DNA from: Myxococcota bacterium
GTDB taxonomy: Bacteria; Myxococcota_A; UBA9160; PR03
Length of the DNA: 64,000 bases
NCBI GenBank assembly: GCA_039794265.1
Contig: JBDIVR010000006.1
Location: forward strand, 71,573-135,572
Direction of reading: 5' to 3'
In this document: piece after piece, positions 53,181 through 63,139 of the stretch
How the letters are laid out: each line of letters begins with the position of its first letter
Numbering within the stretch: position 1 is the first letter of the stretch
Notes under the pieces: generated by a model
Databases searched by the model: none
What the model was told of the DNA's origin: nothing
The model's input: only the letters and a program-made list of their open reading frames with translations
Program-made: the position numbers and the translations under genes

Positions 53181-54570
53181 CCCCGGCCTCTTCGAGCGCG
53201 CGGCGCAGCGGCTCGGCGAGCTGATCGAGACGCAGCCGCAGCTCGAGGGTGACGATGCGAGCGGGCGCCGCCGCCGAACCGAGGTCCTGCAACGAGGCCG
53301 CGCGGGTGGAGCCGCGCGGCTGCACGGCCGCCAATTCCTTACGCGAGTCGCTCGTGGCCATGAACGGCAGATCGTCCAGACCATCCTCGAGGTCGCCTTC
53401 CTCGCTGGCGACCGGCGTCGCGATCGCATCCGGGCCGCCGGGCAGGCCCGGGAAATCCTCCTCGAGCATCACGTTGGCGATCGTGGCATCGCCCCCGGCC
53501 GGCGTGGCCGTGTCCTCGGCCAGCGACACGACGCCAACGCCAGGGAGCGACGAGGCCCCGTCGTCGACCGCCAGCGCGTCGACCTCCCAACAGGCGTCGT
53601 CCTCCGGAGTCGCGTCGGGCGGCTTCGGACATGCGTCGGGCGATGGCTTCATCGCACCGGCGATCGGTTCGCGATCGAGCACGAAGGTGAGTTCGAAACC
53701 CTCGATCGTGATCACATCCCCGACCACGAGGGCGTGAACGTCGACGCGGCTGCCGTTCACGAGCGTACCGTTGACGGAGCCGAGATCGTGGACTTCGTAG
53801 CGATCGCCCGTGCGTACGAAGCGCGCGTGCTTGCGAGACACCTCGTCCTGCGGGAGCACCAGATCGGATTCACTCGAACGACCGACGGTGAACGCATCGC
53901 CCTCCCACGGTACGACCCGTTCGATCCTCCCGTCGCGCTGCACGATCAGACCTGCGAACAGCTCCGCAACGGCGGGCACCGGCGGTTGTGGCGCGGAGGA
54001 GCCCGTTTCCCCATCCGTCGCTTCGTCGCCCACCCATGCGGCCACGAGCACCTCGTCCTCGTCCGCGCCCTCGGGACGGTCCTCGGGATCGACGAACTCG
54101 GTCGGCTCGAAATCGAACTCGCCGCGGCTGGAATCGTCGAGGACGGCGACGGATGCCGATTCCCGATCGGCATCGTTTGCCGCTCGCAGCTCGTCCATCG
54201 CGCCCTCTGCAGCGTCCTCGCGTAGCAGCTCCGGCGGCGCCGTCTGCGCATCGACCAGCGCCTGCTCGTCCAGACGGCGCGAGCGAACACGAAGCTCGTG
54301 TTTCCCGAGGAGGATGCGATCGCCGGGCGCCAGTTCCTGACGACCGCGCACGCGCCGGTCGTTGACGAGAGTGCCGTTCTCGCTGCCGCCGTCTTCGAGG
54401 AACACGCGGCCGGCGTCGAGCTGCAAGCGCGCGTGGAATCGGCTCACGGCCGGGCTGTCGACCACGATGTCGTTCTCGCGCATGCGCCCGATGCGCAGCG
54501 CCGGTCGGTCGAAGGGCACCGTCCGAAGCAGCTCTCCCTGGAACAGAAGATCGACGACGAGACCGCTCAT
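53134..54570 (-). CDS. Double-FHA-domain protein with acidic linkers
   Basis: FHA 1 is LRIGRMRENDIVVDSPAVSRFHARL...GSENGTLVNDRRV. FHA 2 is FTVGRSSESDLVLPQDEVSRKHARF...GSVNGTLVNGSRV. The 3' end overlaps the kinase 3' end by 47 nt (convergent). Confidence 0.88.
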   Translation of the reverse strand: MSGLVVDLLFQGELLRTVPFDRPALRIGRMRENDIVVDSPAVSRFHARLQLDAGRVFLEDGGSENGTLVNDRRVRGRQELAPGDRILLGKHELRVRSRRLDEQALVDAQTAPPELLREDAAEGAMDELRAANDADRESASVAVLDDSSRGEFDFEPTEFVDPEDRPEGADEDEVLVAAWVGDEATDGETGSSAPQPPVPAVAELFAGLIVQRDGRIERVVPWEGDAFTVGRSSESDLVLPQDEVSRKHARFVRTGDRYEVHDLGSVNGTLVNGSRVDVHALVVGDVITIEGFELTFVLDREPIAGAMKPSPDACPKPPDATPEDDACWEVDALAVDDGASSLPGVGVVSLAEDTATPAGGDATIANVMLEEDFPGLPGGPDAIATPVASEEGDLEDGLDDLPFMATSDSRKELAAVQPRGSTRAASLQDLGSAAAPARIVTLELRLRLDQLAEPLRRALEEAGVNDLVIPADLRFRTD

Positions 54571-54741
54571 GGCGGTCCTTTTCGGCCGGCCGTGGGGGCG
54601 GACTTGAAGCGGCGGGGTGTCCGAGTCGACGGGCGCCCGGCCCTCACCCGAACGGGGGAGTCTCCCCCCTCCGAGATCCCCTCCGCCGATCGCGCGCGGC
54701 GCTCGACGGCGTTGCTAGGCTGCCGCCCCGTGCAGACCCGG

Positions 54742-56124
54742 ATGTCGCCGACGCGTCGCTTCGCCTACGCACTCGGCGCCGCCGGCTTCCAGATCACCGA
54801 CCGGATCGTCGTCACGATCGCCATCTTCTACTACCTGCCGCCCGGCGACTCGGATCTCGTTCCGCAGCTCGCGAGCGAGCAGTTCCTCGGCGTGCTCACC
54901 GCGTACGGGGCGGCGCGCCTGCTCGGCGGGCTGATCGATTCGCTCGCGGATCCGCTGGTGGGATGGGCCTCGGATCGCTCCCGCTCGCGCTTCGGCAGGC
55001 GCCGCGTGTTCCTGCTGGCCGGCGTCGGGCCGATGGTGCTGGCACCCGTGCTGTTGTTCTTCCCGCCGGACGCACCGGGCAGCGCGCTGAATTTCGTCTG
55101 GCTCACCGCCCTGCTCGCGATCTACTACACGTTCTTCACCGCCTACGTCGGACCCTATCTCGCGCTGCTCCCGGAGATCGCCACCAGCGAGCACGAGCGC
55201 GTGCGCCTGTCCACGTTGATGGCGATCGTCGGCGTCGCCATCGTAGGCCTGTATGCGTCGGGTTGGCTCGCCGGCGTCGAAGCGGGGCGGCGCTGGCTCG
55301 GACTCGATACCGAGCAGTCGCTGCGCCTCGTCGTCGTGGCCTCGTCGGTCGCCGCGCTCGCGTTGTGCTTCGGCCCGATCGTCGCGGTCGACGAGCGACG
55401 GCTGGTCCGGACCGCCTCCGCCCTGCCGATGCGCGCCGCCCTCACCACGACGCTGCGCAACCGTCCCTTCCTGGTGTATCTGGGCGCCCAGATCCTGTTC
55501 GTGTTCGGCATTACCATGATCGGACCGATGGGGCCGTACTACGCCATCGCCATCGCAGGCCGAGAGGAAGGCTTCGCTGCGCTGCTCGCATTGGTCGGCG
55601 GGCCGGGGGTGTTCCTGGGACTCTGGCTGGTCGGCCATGCGTCGAGGCGGTTCGGTCCGAAGCGCTCGCTGGTGGGCTGTGCCACGGCGCTGGGCGTCCT
55701 GTTCTCGCTGCAGGGACTGCTGGTGCCGGACGTTCCGGGCGGGCCGAGCGACCGACGCAATCTCCTGATCCTGTTCGGGGTCGGCACGCTCTGGGGTCTC
55801 CCTGCTGCCGGATTCCTGGTGCTCCCGCACGTGGTGCTCGGGCAGCTGATCGACCTCGACGCCGCCCGCACGCACTCCCACCGGGCCGCGATGTACTTCG
55901 GCGCGCAAGGACTGCTGACGAAATGGGTGTACGGCCTCGCGACCGCCCTGCTGTCGTGGCTCTTCATCGCGTTCGGCAACAGCAGCGAGCGTGCCACAGG
56001 CATCCTCCTGGTCGGACCGATCGCCGGCGCGCTCTGCCTCGCCTCCGCCTGCGTCTACGCGCTGTATCCCGAGCGCCGGGTCCTCGCCGAGCGGGTCGCG
56101 CTCGAACGAGAAGACGCGCAATGA
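54742..56124 (+). CDS. MFS transporter, glycoside-pentoside-hexuronide (MelB/GPH)-like
   Basis: ATG at 54742. It has about 12 hydrophobic segments. DSLADPLVGWASDRSRSRFGRRRVF matches the GPH-family D-x-x-x-D-P...G...SDR...GRRRP loop. Confidence 0.8.
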   Translation: MSPTRRFAYALGAAGFQITDRIVVTIAIFYYLPPGDSDLVPQLASEQFLGVLTAYGAARLLGGLIDSLADPLVGWASDRSRSRFGRRRVFLLAGVGPMVLAPVLLFFPPDAPGSALNFVWLTALLAIYYTFFTAYVGPYLALLPEIATSEHERVRLSTLMAIVGVAIVGLYASGWLAGVEAGRRWLGLDTEQSLRLVVVASSVAALALCFGPIVAVDERRLVRTASALPMRAALTTTLRNRPFLVYLGAQILFVFGITMIGPMGPYYAIAIAGREEGFAALLALVGGPGVFLGLWLVGHASRRFGPKRSLVGCATALGVLFSLQGLLVPDVPGGPSDRRNLLILFGVGTLWGLPAAGFLVLPHVVLGQLIDLDAARTHSHRAAMYFGAQGLLTKWVYGLATALLSWLFIAFGNSSERATGILLVGPIAGALCLASACVYALYPERRVLAERVALEREDAQ

Positions 56125-56245
56125 ATCGGCTCCCCGAGGGAAATAGAGCCTCCCTTCACCGTGTGTGGACGTCGCCCAAGATGACATCCCTGTCACTTCG
56201 CTCGAAAAGGGGCATCCTACGGGCCGGTGGGGGAAGGAGGTCCAG

Positions 56246-56443
56246 ATGCTTCGCTACCGAACGGATCGCTACGGGATGATCGGGTCCTTCGACATCGTCG
56301 ATGCACTCCGCCGCGCCGAGCTGCGGCGCGGGGAGCGCGAGCGCCGCGAACTCGCGCGCAAGAAGAAAGCGGCAGGGCGCGTCGGACTGATGACGCGGCT
56401 CCGGGCGCTCGTCCTCGCGCCGCGCGGCCAGGCGGCCGCCTGA
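56246..56443 (+). CDS. Hypothetical small basic protein (65 aa)
   Basis: ATG at 56246 with a strong GGAAGGAGG 6 nt upstream. MLRYRTDRYGMIGSFDIVDALRRAELRRGERERRELARKKKAAG. No family recognised. Confidence 0.4.
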   Translation: MLRYRTDRYGMIGSFDIVDALRRAELRRGERERRELARKKKAAGRVGLMTRLRALVLAPRGQAAA

Positions 56444-56559
56444 CGGATCGCCGCACGCGACGCGCGGGGGCCGATGGTGAGGCGGATCGACACGCGAACC
56501 AGGCCGGCGAGACCGGGTCCGCGGGATAGAGTGGGCCTGTCACTGATGGAGGCCCGGGC

Positions 56560-58098
56560 GTGCGCGGTGCCCCGGTTCGTATGAGGTCCGCTCCCGCGGA
56601 TCGACTTCGACACACTCGACTCGACTGGTTGCTCGCGCTGCTGACCGCAGCCGGGGTCGCCTGTGCCCAGGGACCGCCCCCGGAGACGTCGCAGGGGCCG
56701 CGCGTGACCCATGGCATCGCGGTCGGGGAGGTCGGCGCGCAGCGCGCGGTCCTCTGGTCGCGGACGGATCGGCGCGCGCGCATGCGGCTCGAGCTGCGGG
56801 CGAGCGACGACCCGTCGGCGCAGCCGGTCTTCGCCGGCGAGGTCCCCGTCGACGGGGAAACGGATTTCACCGGACGCTTCGTACTCGAGGATCTCGCGCC
56901 GGGAACCCGCTATCAGGCCGTCGTCTGGTTCGCGGATGCGGAAGGACCGGCGGGGCCGCCCGAGATCGCGACCTTTCGCACGGCGCCGGGGGCCTCCGAC
57001 TCCGAGCCGGTCCGCGTCGTCTGGGGCGGCGACCTCGCCGGACAGGGGATCTGCCGCGATGCCCGGGATGGCTTCCCGATCTTCACCCGGATCCTCGCCG
57101 AGCGTCCAGACCTGTTCGTCGGCCTCGGCGACATGATCTATGCGGACGACGTCTGTCATCCCGTCGGCCCGCTCGGCAATGCCCAGGTCCCGGGCGAGTT
57201 CGGCCCCGCCACCGATCTCGACGGCTTTCGCGCGCACTGGCGCTACTCGCGCGAGGACGAGGGATTCCGCGTCCTGCTCGCGACCACGCCGTACGCGGCG
57301 GTCTGGGACGATCACGAGGTGGTGAACGACGCCGGCCCGCATCACGACACGCGCGCCGAACCTCCGTACCGCGCCCATGCCCCGCTCCTGCCGCTCGCCC
57401 GCCGTGCCTTCCTGGAATGGAATCCGCTCGCCGATGGCCAGATCCTCCATCGCCGCCTGCGCTGGGGCCGACACCTCGAGCTGTTCCTGCTCGATACCCG
57501 GCAGTACCGCGATTCCAACCTCGCCCCGGACGATGGTCCGGAGCCGAAGACGCTGCTCGGCGCCGGGCAGCGCCGGTGGCTCGAGCACGCCGTCGCCGGC
57601 TCCGACGCGACGTGGAAGGTCATCGCTTCGAGCGTCCCGATCTCGATCCCGACCGGTTCGCTCGAGACAGGCCGCGACGGATGGGCGGATCTCGGCCAGC
57701 ACGGCGGATTCGAGCGCGAGCTGCGCGGGATCCTCGAACATCTCCGGGACCACGGCGTGCGCAATCTCGTGTGGATCACCACGGACGTCCACTTTGCCAC
57801 GGCGTTCCGCTACCGACCGTTCGCCGACGACCCGTGGTTCCGGTTCTTCGAGGTCGTCGCGGGTCCGTTGAACGCCGGGCTCTTCCCGAACCCCCTCGTC
57901 GATCCGACGTTCGCCCCCGAGCGGCTCTTCTACTTCGCGCCTCCGGAGAAGCACACGGTCGCGTCGTTCGCCGAGGCGCGGCGCTGGTTCAACTTCGGAG
58001 TACTCGATGTCGGGGCGGACGGAACGCTCGCCACACGGATCGTCAACGGCGATGGCGACGAGGTGTTCCGGCTGACGCTGGCCCCCCGGAGACCCTGA
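56560..58098 (+). CDS. Alkaline phosphatase D (PhoD) family metallophosphatase
   Basis: GTG at 56560 with GGAGG 8 nt upstream, then a signal peptide. HGIAVGEV...AVLWSR (N-terminal PhoD_N), GLGDMIYAD, AVWDDHEVVND, LDTRQYR and WITTDVHFA match the PhoD family. Confidence 0.88.
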   Translation: MRGAPVRMRSAPADRLRHTRLDWLLALLTAAGVACAQGPPPETSQGPRVTHGIAVGEVGAQRAVLWSRTDRRARMRLELRASDDPSAQPVFAGEVPVDGETDFTGRFVLEDLAPGTRYQAVVWFADAEGPAGPPEIATFRTAPGASDSEPVRVVWGGDLAGQGICRDARDGFPIFTRILAERPDLFVGLGDMIYADDVCHPVGPLGNAQVPGEFGPATDLDGFRAHWRYSREDEGFRVLLATTPYAAVWDDHEVVNDAGPHHDTRAEPPYRAHAPLLPLARRAFLEWNPLADGQILHRRLRWGRHLELFLLDTRQYRDSNLAPDDGPEPKTLLGAGQRRWLEHAVAGSDATWKVIASSVPISIPTGSLETGRDGWADLGQHGGFERELRGILEHLRDHGVRNLVWITTDVHFATAFRYRPFADDPWFRFFEVVAGPLNAGLFPNPLVDPTFAPERLFYFAPPEKHTVASFAEARRWFNFGVLDVGADGTLATRIVNGDGDEVFRLTLAPRRP

Positions 58099-58120
58099 CG
58101 GCGCGGAATCTCGCGAGTCG

Positions 58121-59005
58121 CTATGCGGACCGCGTCCGCAGGCGCTCGATGCGCTCCTCGAGCGGCGGGTGGCTCGCGAACAAGCGCATCCAGTTGGCGC
58201 GACCACCGCCGCTGATGCCGAAAGCGCGCAGCGCATCCGGCAGCGGCTCGTTGCTGCCCGCGCGCAACCTCTCGAGCGCGGCGATCATGTTCGGCGCGCC
58301 GGCCAGCCGTGCGCCTCCGGCATCCGCGCGGAACTCGCGTTGCCGGGAGAACCAGAACACGATGATACTGGCGAGGATCCCGAACACGATCTGCGCGACG
58401 ATCGTCACGATCCAGAAGCCGGGCCCGTGGCCCTGCTCCGTGCGGAACACCACGCGGTCCACGATGTGCCCGACCACGCGCGACAGCACCAGCACGAACG
58501 TGTTCACGACGCCCTGCACGAGCGCCAGCGTCACCATGTCGCCGTTCGCGACGTGACTGACCTCGTGCGCGAGGACGGCCTCGACTTCGGCGCGGTCCAT
58601 GCGCTCGAGAAGTCCCGTGCTGACCGCGACCAGCGATGCGTCGCGGCGCGCGCCGGTGGCAAAGGCATTGGGCGTCGGCGACGGGAAGATCGCCACCTCC
58701 GGCATCCCGATGCCGGCCGCCTGGGCCTGCTGGCGCACCGTCTCGAGTAGCCAGGCCTCGACGGGGTTCCGGGCATCCGTGATGACCTGTGCGCCGGTGG
58801 CTCGCTTGGCGACGAACTTCGACATCGCCAGCGAGATGAACGAGCCGCCGAAGCCGAACACGGCCGCGAACAGGAGCAGCTGCGGCAACGCCAGGTCGAC
58901 GCCGTTCTCGGCCAGGAACCCCTGGAAGCCGAGCAGCCTCAGGGCGATCGAGAGCACCAGAAGCACCGCGATGTTGGTGGCGAGGAAGAGCAGGACACGC
59001 TTCAC
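58121..59005 (-). CDS. htpX: Zinc metalloprotease HtpX
   Basis: [20 protein letters not shown], the [11 protein letters not shown] (HExxH) motif, [14 protein letters not shown] and [12 protein letters not shown] are classic HtpX features. Confidence 0.95.
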   Translation of the reverse strand: MKRVLLFLATNIAVLLVLSIALRLLGFQGFLAENGVDLALPQLLLFAAVFGFGGSFISLAMSKFVAKRATGAQVITDARNPVEAWLLETVRQQAQAAGIGMPEVAIFPSPTPNAFATGARRDASLVAVSTGLLERMDRAEVEAVLAHEVSHVANGDMVTLALVQGVVNTFVLVLSRVVGHIVDRVVFRTEQGHGPGFWIVTIVAQIVFGILASIIVFWFSRQREFRADAGGARLAGAPNMIAALERLRAGSNEPLPDALRAFGISGGGRANWMRLFASHPPLEERIERLRTRSA

Positions 59006-59356
59006 GGATGGATTCCTCCTGGCTGCGACTGACGTGATGGACGAGCGGACCGACGAAACGATCGACGAAAAGTTCAGCCGAGAGTGCCCTGCCTCGCTCC
59101 CCCTGTCGAACCCCGGCGACCCGTCGATCCGACGGACTTGGGACGCGCACTCGTCGCCTTTGGCCCCCGCGGGGCCACGCGTCGACGGCCTCGAAAGGCG
59201 CCTCTCCCGACGAAACCCGATCCCGCCGTCGCGCAGGCGGCTTGGACTCCGCGGCTGCCAGCGGCGGAAGGCCGGCAGGTGTTACCTGCGCTGTTCTCCG
59301 GCCACTCACGATCAGCGCCCGCTTTCGTGGACGCCCTTTCGTGGAGATGCGGAGTC

Positions 59357-59725
59357 ATGCCGATCCTGTCGCACTCGTCCACCCGTGAGATCCCGAACGC
59401 CTTCCTGATCCGCGCGCTCGCTCGCAGCGAATCCAGGCGCTGCGAGGGCTGTGGCAGCCGCATGTTCGTCCCGAGCGTCACCGGCAAGTGCCCCTACTGC
59501 CGCGCCGGATTCCCGCCGCAGGCGCCTCCGGTCGCCCAGGCGGAGCCGCGACTGCTCCCGTTTGCACCCCGCGTCGGCGAGCGCATCGTCCTCGACGGTC
59601 TCCTCTCGCGCTTGTTGTCGCGCGTGCTGGCGTCCCTGGCGCGCCGACATCGTCACGCGCCGTCGCCGCAGCGACTGGCGCTGCGCGCGGGAGACGAAGC
59701 GCACGCCCATCTCGCAACTGGCTGA
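59357..59725 (+). CDS. Hypothetical small zinc-ribbon protein
   Basis: The ATG at 59357 lies inside ORF 59084..59725. CEGCGSRMFVPSVTGKCPYC forms a CxxC..CxxC ribbon. Third-position GC is high throughout. No family recognised. Confidence 0.4.
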   Translation: MPILSHSSTREIPNAFLIRALARSESRRCEGCGSRMFVPSVTGKCPYCRAGFPPQAPPVAQAEPRLLPFAPRVGERIVLDGLLSRLLSRVLASLARRHRHAPSPQRLALRAGDEAHAHLATG

Positions 59726-59763
59726 GCGCATCGGAGCGGGACACACCGTGCCATACTGCCGGG

Positions 59764-61125
59764 ATGCCGACGAGCCACCGGACCCCGCACGGCACCCACG
59801 TCGTGCACCCGTTCACGGATCCGCGCCAGGTCCATGCCGACGGCGCGCACGTGTTCGTGCGCGGCGAGGGGATCCACGTCTGGGATGCCGATGGCAACCA
59901 GTTCATCGACGGACTCGCCGGCCTCTGGTGCGCCGCGCTCGGCTACGGCCGTCCCGAACTGGCCGATGCCGCCGCGCGCCAGATGCGCACACTCTCCTAT
60001 GCCAAGAGCTTCTTCGGGCAGGCGACACCGCCGCTGATCGAGCTTTCCGAGACACTCGCGGAGCTGGCGCCGGCGGGCCTCGACGTCGCGTTCTTCGCCA
60101 GCTCCGGCTCCGAGGCCAACGACTCGATCGTGCGCCTGGTGCGCCGCTTCTGGCAGCTCGAGGGGAGACCCGACAAACGGGTGCTGCTGACGCGCGAGTT
60201 CGCCTATCACGGCTCATCGGTCATGGCGGCCTCCCTCGGCGGCATGGCGGCGATGCACGCGATGTCCGGCATCGAGACCGGCGTCGAACACGTCCTGCCG
60301 CCGTATTGGTGGCGCTACGGCGCCGGCGAGTCCCCGGATGCGTTCGGCCGGCGCGCCGCCGATGCGCTCGAGGAACGCATCCTGGCGATCGGGCCGGAGC
60401 GGGTCGCCGCGTTCTTCGGGGAACCGCTGCAGGGGGCCGGCGGCGTGCTCGTACCGCCAGCGAGCTACTGGCCGCGCGTCCAGGAGATCTGCCGGCGCCA
60501 CGACGTCCTGCTCGTCGCCGACGAGGTCATCACCGGCTTCGGTCGCACCGGCCACTGGTGGGGTTGCGACACCTTCGGCATCGAACGGCCGGACTTCCTG
60601 ACGCTGGCCAAGGCGATCACGTCGGGGGCGATCCCGCTGTCGGCCGTGCTGGTGGGCGAGCGGGTCGCCGCGAGCCTCGAAGCCGGCGGTGTGCTGGCGC
60701 ATGGCTACACGTACTCGGGTCATCCGGTGGCGTGTGCGGTCGCGCTCGAGAACCTGCGCATCCTGCGGGACGAGGGCTGGATCGAGCGGGTCGCCGAAAA
60801 GACTGCGCCCTACTTCCAGCGCCGGCTGCGCGAAGCGTTCGCCGGTCATCCACTGGTCGGAGAGCTGCGCGTGTCGGGCCTGATCGCCGGGATCGAGCTC
60901 TCGCCGGATCCGGATACGCGGGCGCGGTTCGAGCCGGAGGGCAGCTTCGGCGCGCGCATCCTGCGCGCCGCGACGGCGCGCGGCGCCCTGTTCCGCGCTG
61001 TCCGCGACTCGCTGTGCCTGTGCCCCCCGCTGATCATCGATGCCGGTCAGATCGACGAGCTGGTCGGCCGCGTGCGCGAGAGCCTCGACGAGGTGGCGCG
61101 CGCAGAAGGACTTCCCACCGGCTGA
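59764..61125 (+). CDS. Class-III (omega) aminotransferase, aspartate aminotransferase superfamily
   Basis: ATG at 59764. DADGNQFIDGLAGLWCAALGYGRPEL, SGSEANDS, LVADEVITGFGRTG, LTLAKAITSGAIPLSA (PLP Lys) and YSGHPVACA fit the putrescine or beta-alanine--pyruvate transaminase type. Confidence 0.9.
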   Translation: MPTSHRTPHGTHVVHPFTDPRQVHADGAHVFVRGEGIHVWDADGNQFIDGLAGLWCAALGYGRPELADAAARQMRTLSYAKSFFGQATPPLIELSETLAELAPAGLDVAFFASSGSEANDSIVRLVRRFWQLEGRPDKRVLLTREFAYHGSSVMAASLGGMAAMHAMSGIETGVEHVLPPYWWRYGAGESPDAFGRRAADALEERILAIGPERVAAFFGEPLQGAGGVLVPPASYWPRVQEICRRHDVLLVADEVITGFGRTGHWWGCDTFGIERPDFLTLAKAITSGAIPLSAVLVGERVAASLEAGGVLAHGYTYSGHPVACAVALENLRILRDEGWIERVAEKTAPYFQRRLREAFAGHPLVGELRVSGLIAGIELSPDPDTRARFEPEGSFGARILRAATARGALFRAVRDSLCLCPPLIIDAGQIDELVGRVRESLDEVARAEGLPTG

Positions 61126-61191
61126 CACGACTGCCGAGCACAGGCCGATTGCGAGCGCTTCGCCGGGCGGGAATACGACCGCGGATCTGCG

Positions 61192-62076
61192 TCAGCCAGG
61201 CGACGCCGGCGGCGCGCCCGCCACGCGCTCGAGATCGGCGCGCAGCTGCTTCGGATCGTGCCCGTCGAGTCCGATGTAGCGCTGCACGATGCGGCCCTCG
61301 CCGTCGATCAGGAACGTGACGACGAGGTGCGCGATGGTGCCGTCCGCCTGGCGCGCGGAGCCGACGCCGTAGTCCTTCAGCACCGCGTCGATGGCCTCGC
61401 GGGCACCGGTGAGGAACGACCAGTTGGCGGTATCGGCGCCGCGCACGCGAGCATATTCGCGCAGCGCCGTCGGCGTATCGGTCAGCGGGTCGAGCGACAC
61501 CGACACGAGGCGCACGCGATCGCGGAGCGCGGGATCGATCCCGCGCTGCACCTCGACGTGGAGTCCCGTCAGGATCGGGCAGGGTCCCGGACAGGTCGTG
61601 TAGATGAAGTCCAGCAGGACGGCCTTGCCGCGCAGATCCGCGAGCGAGAGCGGATTGCCGTCCTGGTCCGTCAGCGCGAACGGCGGCGCCGGGTCGCCGC
61701 TCGGCACGACGCTGTCGAGTGACGTCCCGGCGCGGTGGCCCGTCTCCGCGGCGTCTCCTCGTGGTGTCACCGAGATCACGTGGTAGGCCCGGCCGGTGAA
61801 CTCGAGCTGGAAGTCGATCACCTGCTGCGGCTGCATGCCCGCCAGCACGTCCGGATCGGGGACGTCGAAGCTCATCGTCATCTCGGGCATCAACCCCGGG
61901 ATGTCGTCGTGATGGATCACCACCTGGCCGTACTCGTGGTTCACGGATTCGACGACGCCGTGGGCGTCGTAGACACCGGGCCCGCCGTCGGGACGACGAC
62001 AGGCCCCCGCGATCAGCAGCGCGAACAGCAGCATCGCACCCAGCGGAAGAGCGAGGACACGGGCCATCGGGATCAT
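61192..62076 (-). CDS. Fusion of a CusF-like copper-binding domain and an SCO1/SenC thioredoxin-fold copper chaperone
   Basis: The ATG at 62076 overlaps the upstream stop (ATGA). It has a signal/anchor segment. The CusF-like part is HGVVESVNHEYGQVVIHHDDIPGLMPEMTMSFDV. The SCO part has FIYTTCPGPCP (CxxxC) and the downstream IAHLVVTFLIDGEG histidine. Confidence 0.82.
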   Translation of the reverse strand: MIPMARVLALPLGAMLLFALLIAGACRRPDGGPGVYDAHGVVESVNHEYGQVVIHHDDIPGLMPEMTMSFDVPDPDVLAGMQPQQVIDFQLEFTGRAYHVISVTPRGDAAETGHRAGTSLDSVVPSGDPAPPFALTDQDGNPLSLADLRGKAVLLDFIYTTCPGPCPILTGLHVEVQRGIDPALRDRVRLVSVSLDPLTDTPTALREYARVRGADTANWSFLTGAREAIDAVLKDYGVGSARQADGTIAHLVVTFLIDGEGRIVQRYIGLDGHDPKQLRADLERVAGAPPASPG

Positions 62077-63089
62077 CCCATCGGGTAGCGGATCTCGCGG
62101 GAGATCCGGTCCACTTCGGCGAGCACGTCGGCCGAGAGCTTCGTCTCGGCGGCAGCGAGCAGCGGATCGAGCTGCTCCGGCGACGTCGCGCCGATCAGCG
62201 TCGAGCCGACGAAGTCGCGCGTCAGCGTCCAGGCGATCGCGAACGTCGGCAGCGCCAGACCGCAGTCCGCTGCCAGCCGGGCGACGCGCTCGACGGTCGC
62301 CAGCGTGCCGGGATTGACGAAGCGTGCCGTCATCACCTTGGTGCGCGGATTCCAGTCCCGGTAGCGCGTGAAGCGCGCGCCCTCCGGCCAGGCGCCGCCC
62401 TGGTACTTGCCCGAGAGCACGCCGCCGCCGAGGGGGCTGTAGGCCAGCAGGCTCACCTGCTCGCGGCGACACACCTCGGCCAACTCGTCCTCGAAGCGGC
62501 GGTGCAGCAGGCTGAAGTTGTTCTGGATCGTCTCGTGGCGCGCGAAGCCGGAGCGGTCCGAGGTCCACAAGCTCTTCATCAGCCCGTACGCCGACTCGTT
62601 GCTGCAGCCGAGCGCGCGCACCTTGCCCGCTTCGACGAGCCGCGACAGCCCGTCCATCGTCTCGTCGTACGGAAGGCCCGGCTCCGGCCAATGCGTCTGA
62701 TAGAGGTCGATGTAGTCGGTGCCGAGCCGGCGCAGACTGTCCTCGCACGCGCGCTCGATCGAGTGGCGATCGAGCGACGTCCGCCCGCCGCGCACGGGAG
62801 CCTGGAACCAACCGCCGCTGGGACCCGCGATCTTCGTCGCCAGCAGGACGGCGTCGCGCGGCTTGCTCTTCAGCCAGCGGGACAGGATGTCCTCGGTGCG
62901 TCCGGCCCACTGCGGATCCGGCGGCACCGGATAGACCTCGGCAGCATCGAGGAAGAAGAGACCGGCATCCCACGCCTTGTCGAGGATGGCGAGGCTCGCC
63001 GCCTCGTCGGCCATCGAGCCGAAGGTCATCGTGCCGAGGCCGAGTTCCGGAACGACGAGGCCACTGCGGCCGAGCCGGCGATGATTCAT
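62073..63089 (-). CDS. Aldo/keto reductase
   Basis: ATG at 63089 with GGGAGG upstream. MNHRRLGRSGLVVPELGLGTMTFG, DAAEVY, DYIDLYQTHWPE, GCSNESA and SPLGGGVLSGKY are AKR signatures. Confidence 0.92.
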   Translation of the reverse strand: MNHRRLGRSGLVVPELGLGTMTFGSMADEAASLAILDKAWDAGLFFLDAAEVYPVPPDPQWAGRTEDILSRWLKSKPRDAVLLATKIAGPSGGWFQAPVRGGRTSLDRHSIERACEDSLRRLGTDYIDLYQTHWPEPGLPYDETMDGLSRLVEAGKVRALGCSNESAYGLMKSLWTSDRSGFARHETIQNNFSLLHRRFEDELAEVCRREQVSLLAYSPLGGGVLSGKYQGGAWPEGARFTRYRDWNPRTKVMTARFVNPGTLATVERVARLAADCGLALPTFAIAWTLTRDFVGSTLIGATSPEQLDPLLAAAETKLSADVLAEVDRISREIRYPMG

Positions 63090-63139
63090 GGCACCTCCCA
63101 GGTCTTGGATGGGGGACGACAGGCGGTCGACGGACGGCG

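Noticed and set aside
56201-56220. ctcgaaaaggggcatcc, weakly resembling the GTCAAGAAAGGGGCC terminal 15-mer of the palindrome family
   Set aside because: Only a partial match, with no adjacent arm sequence or inverted partner. It is most likely coincidence.
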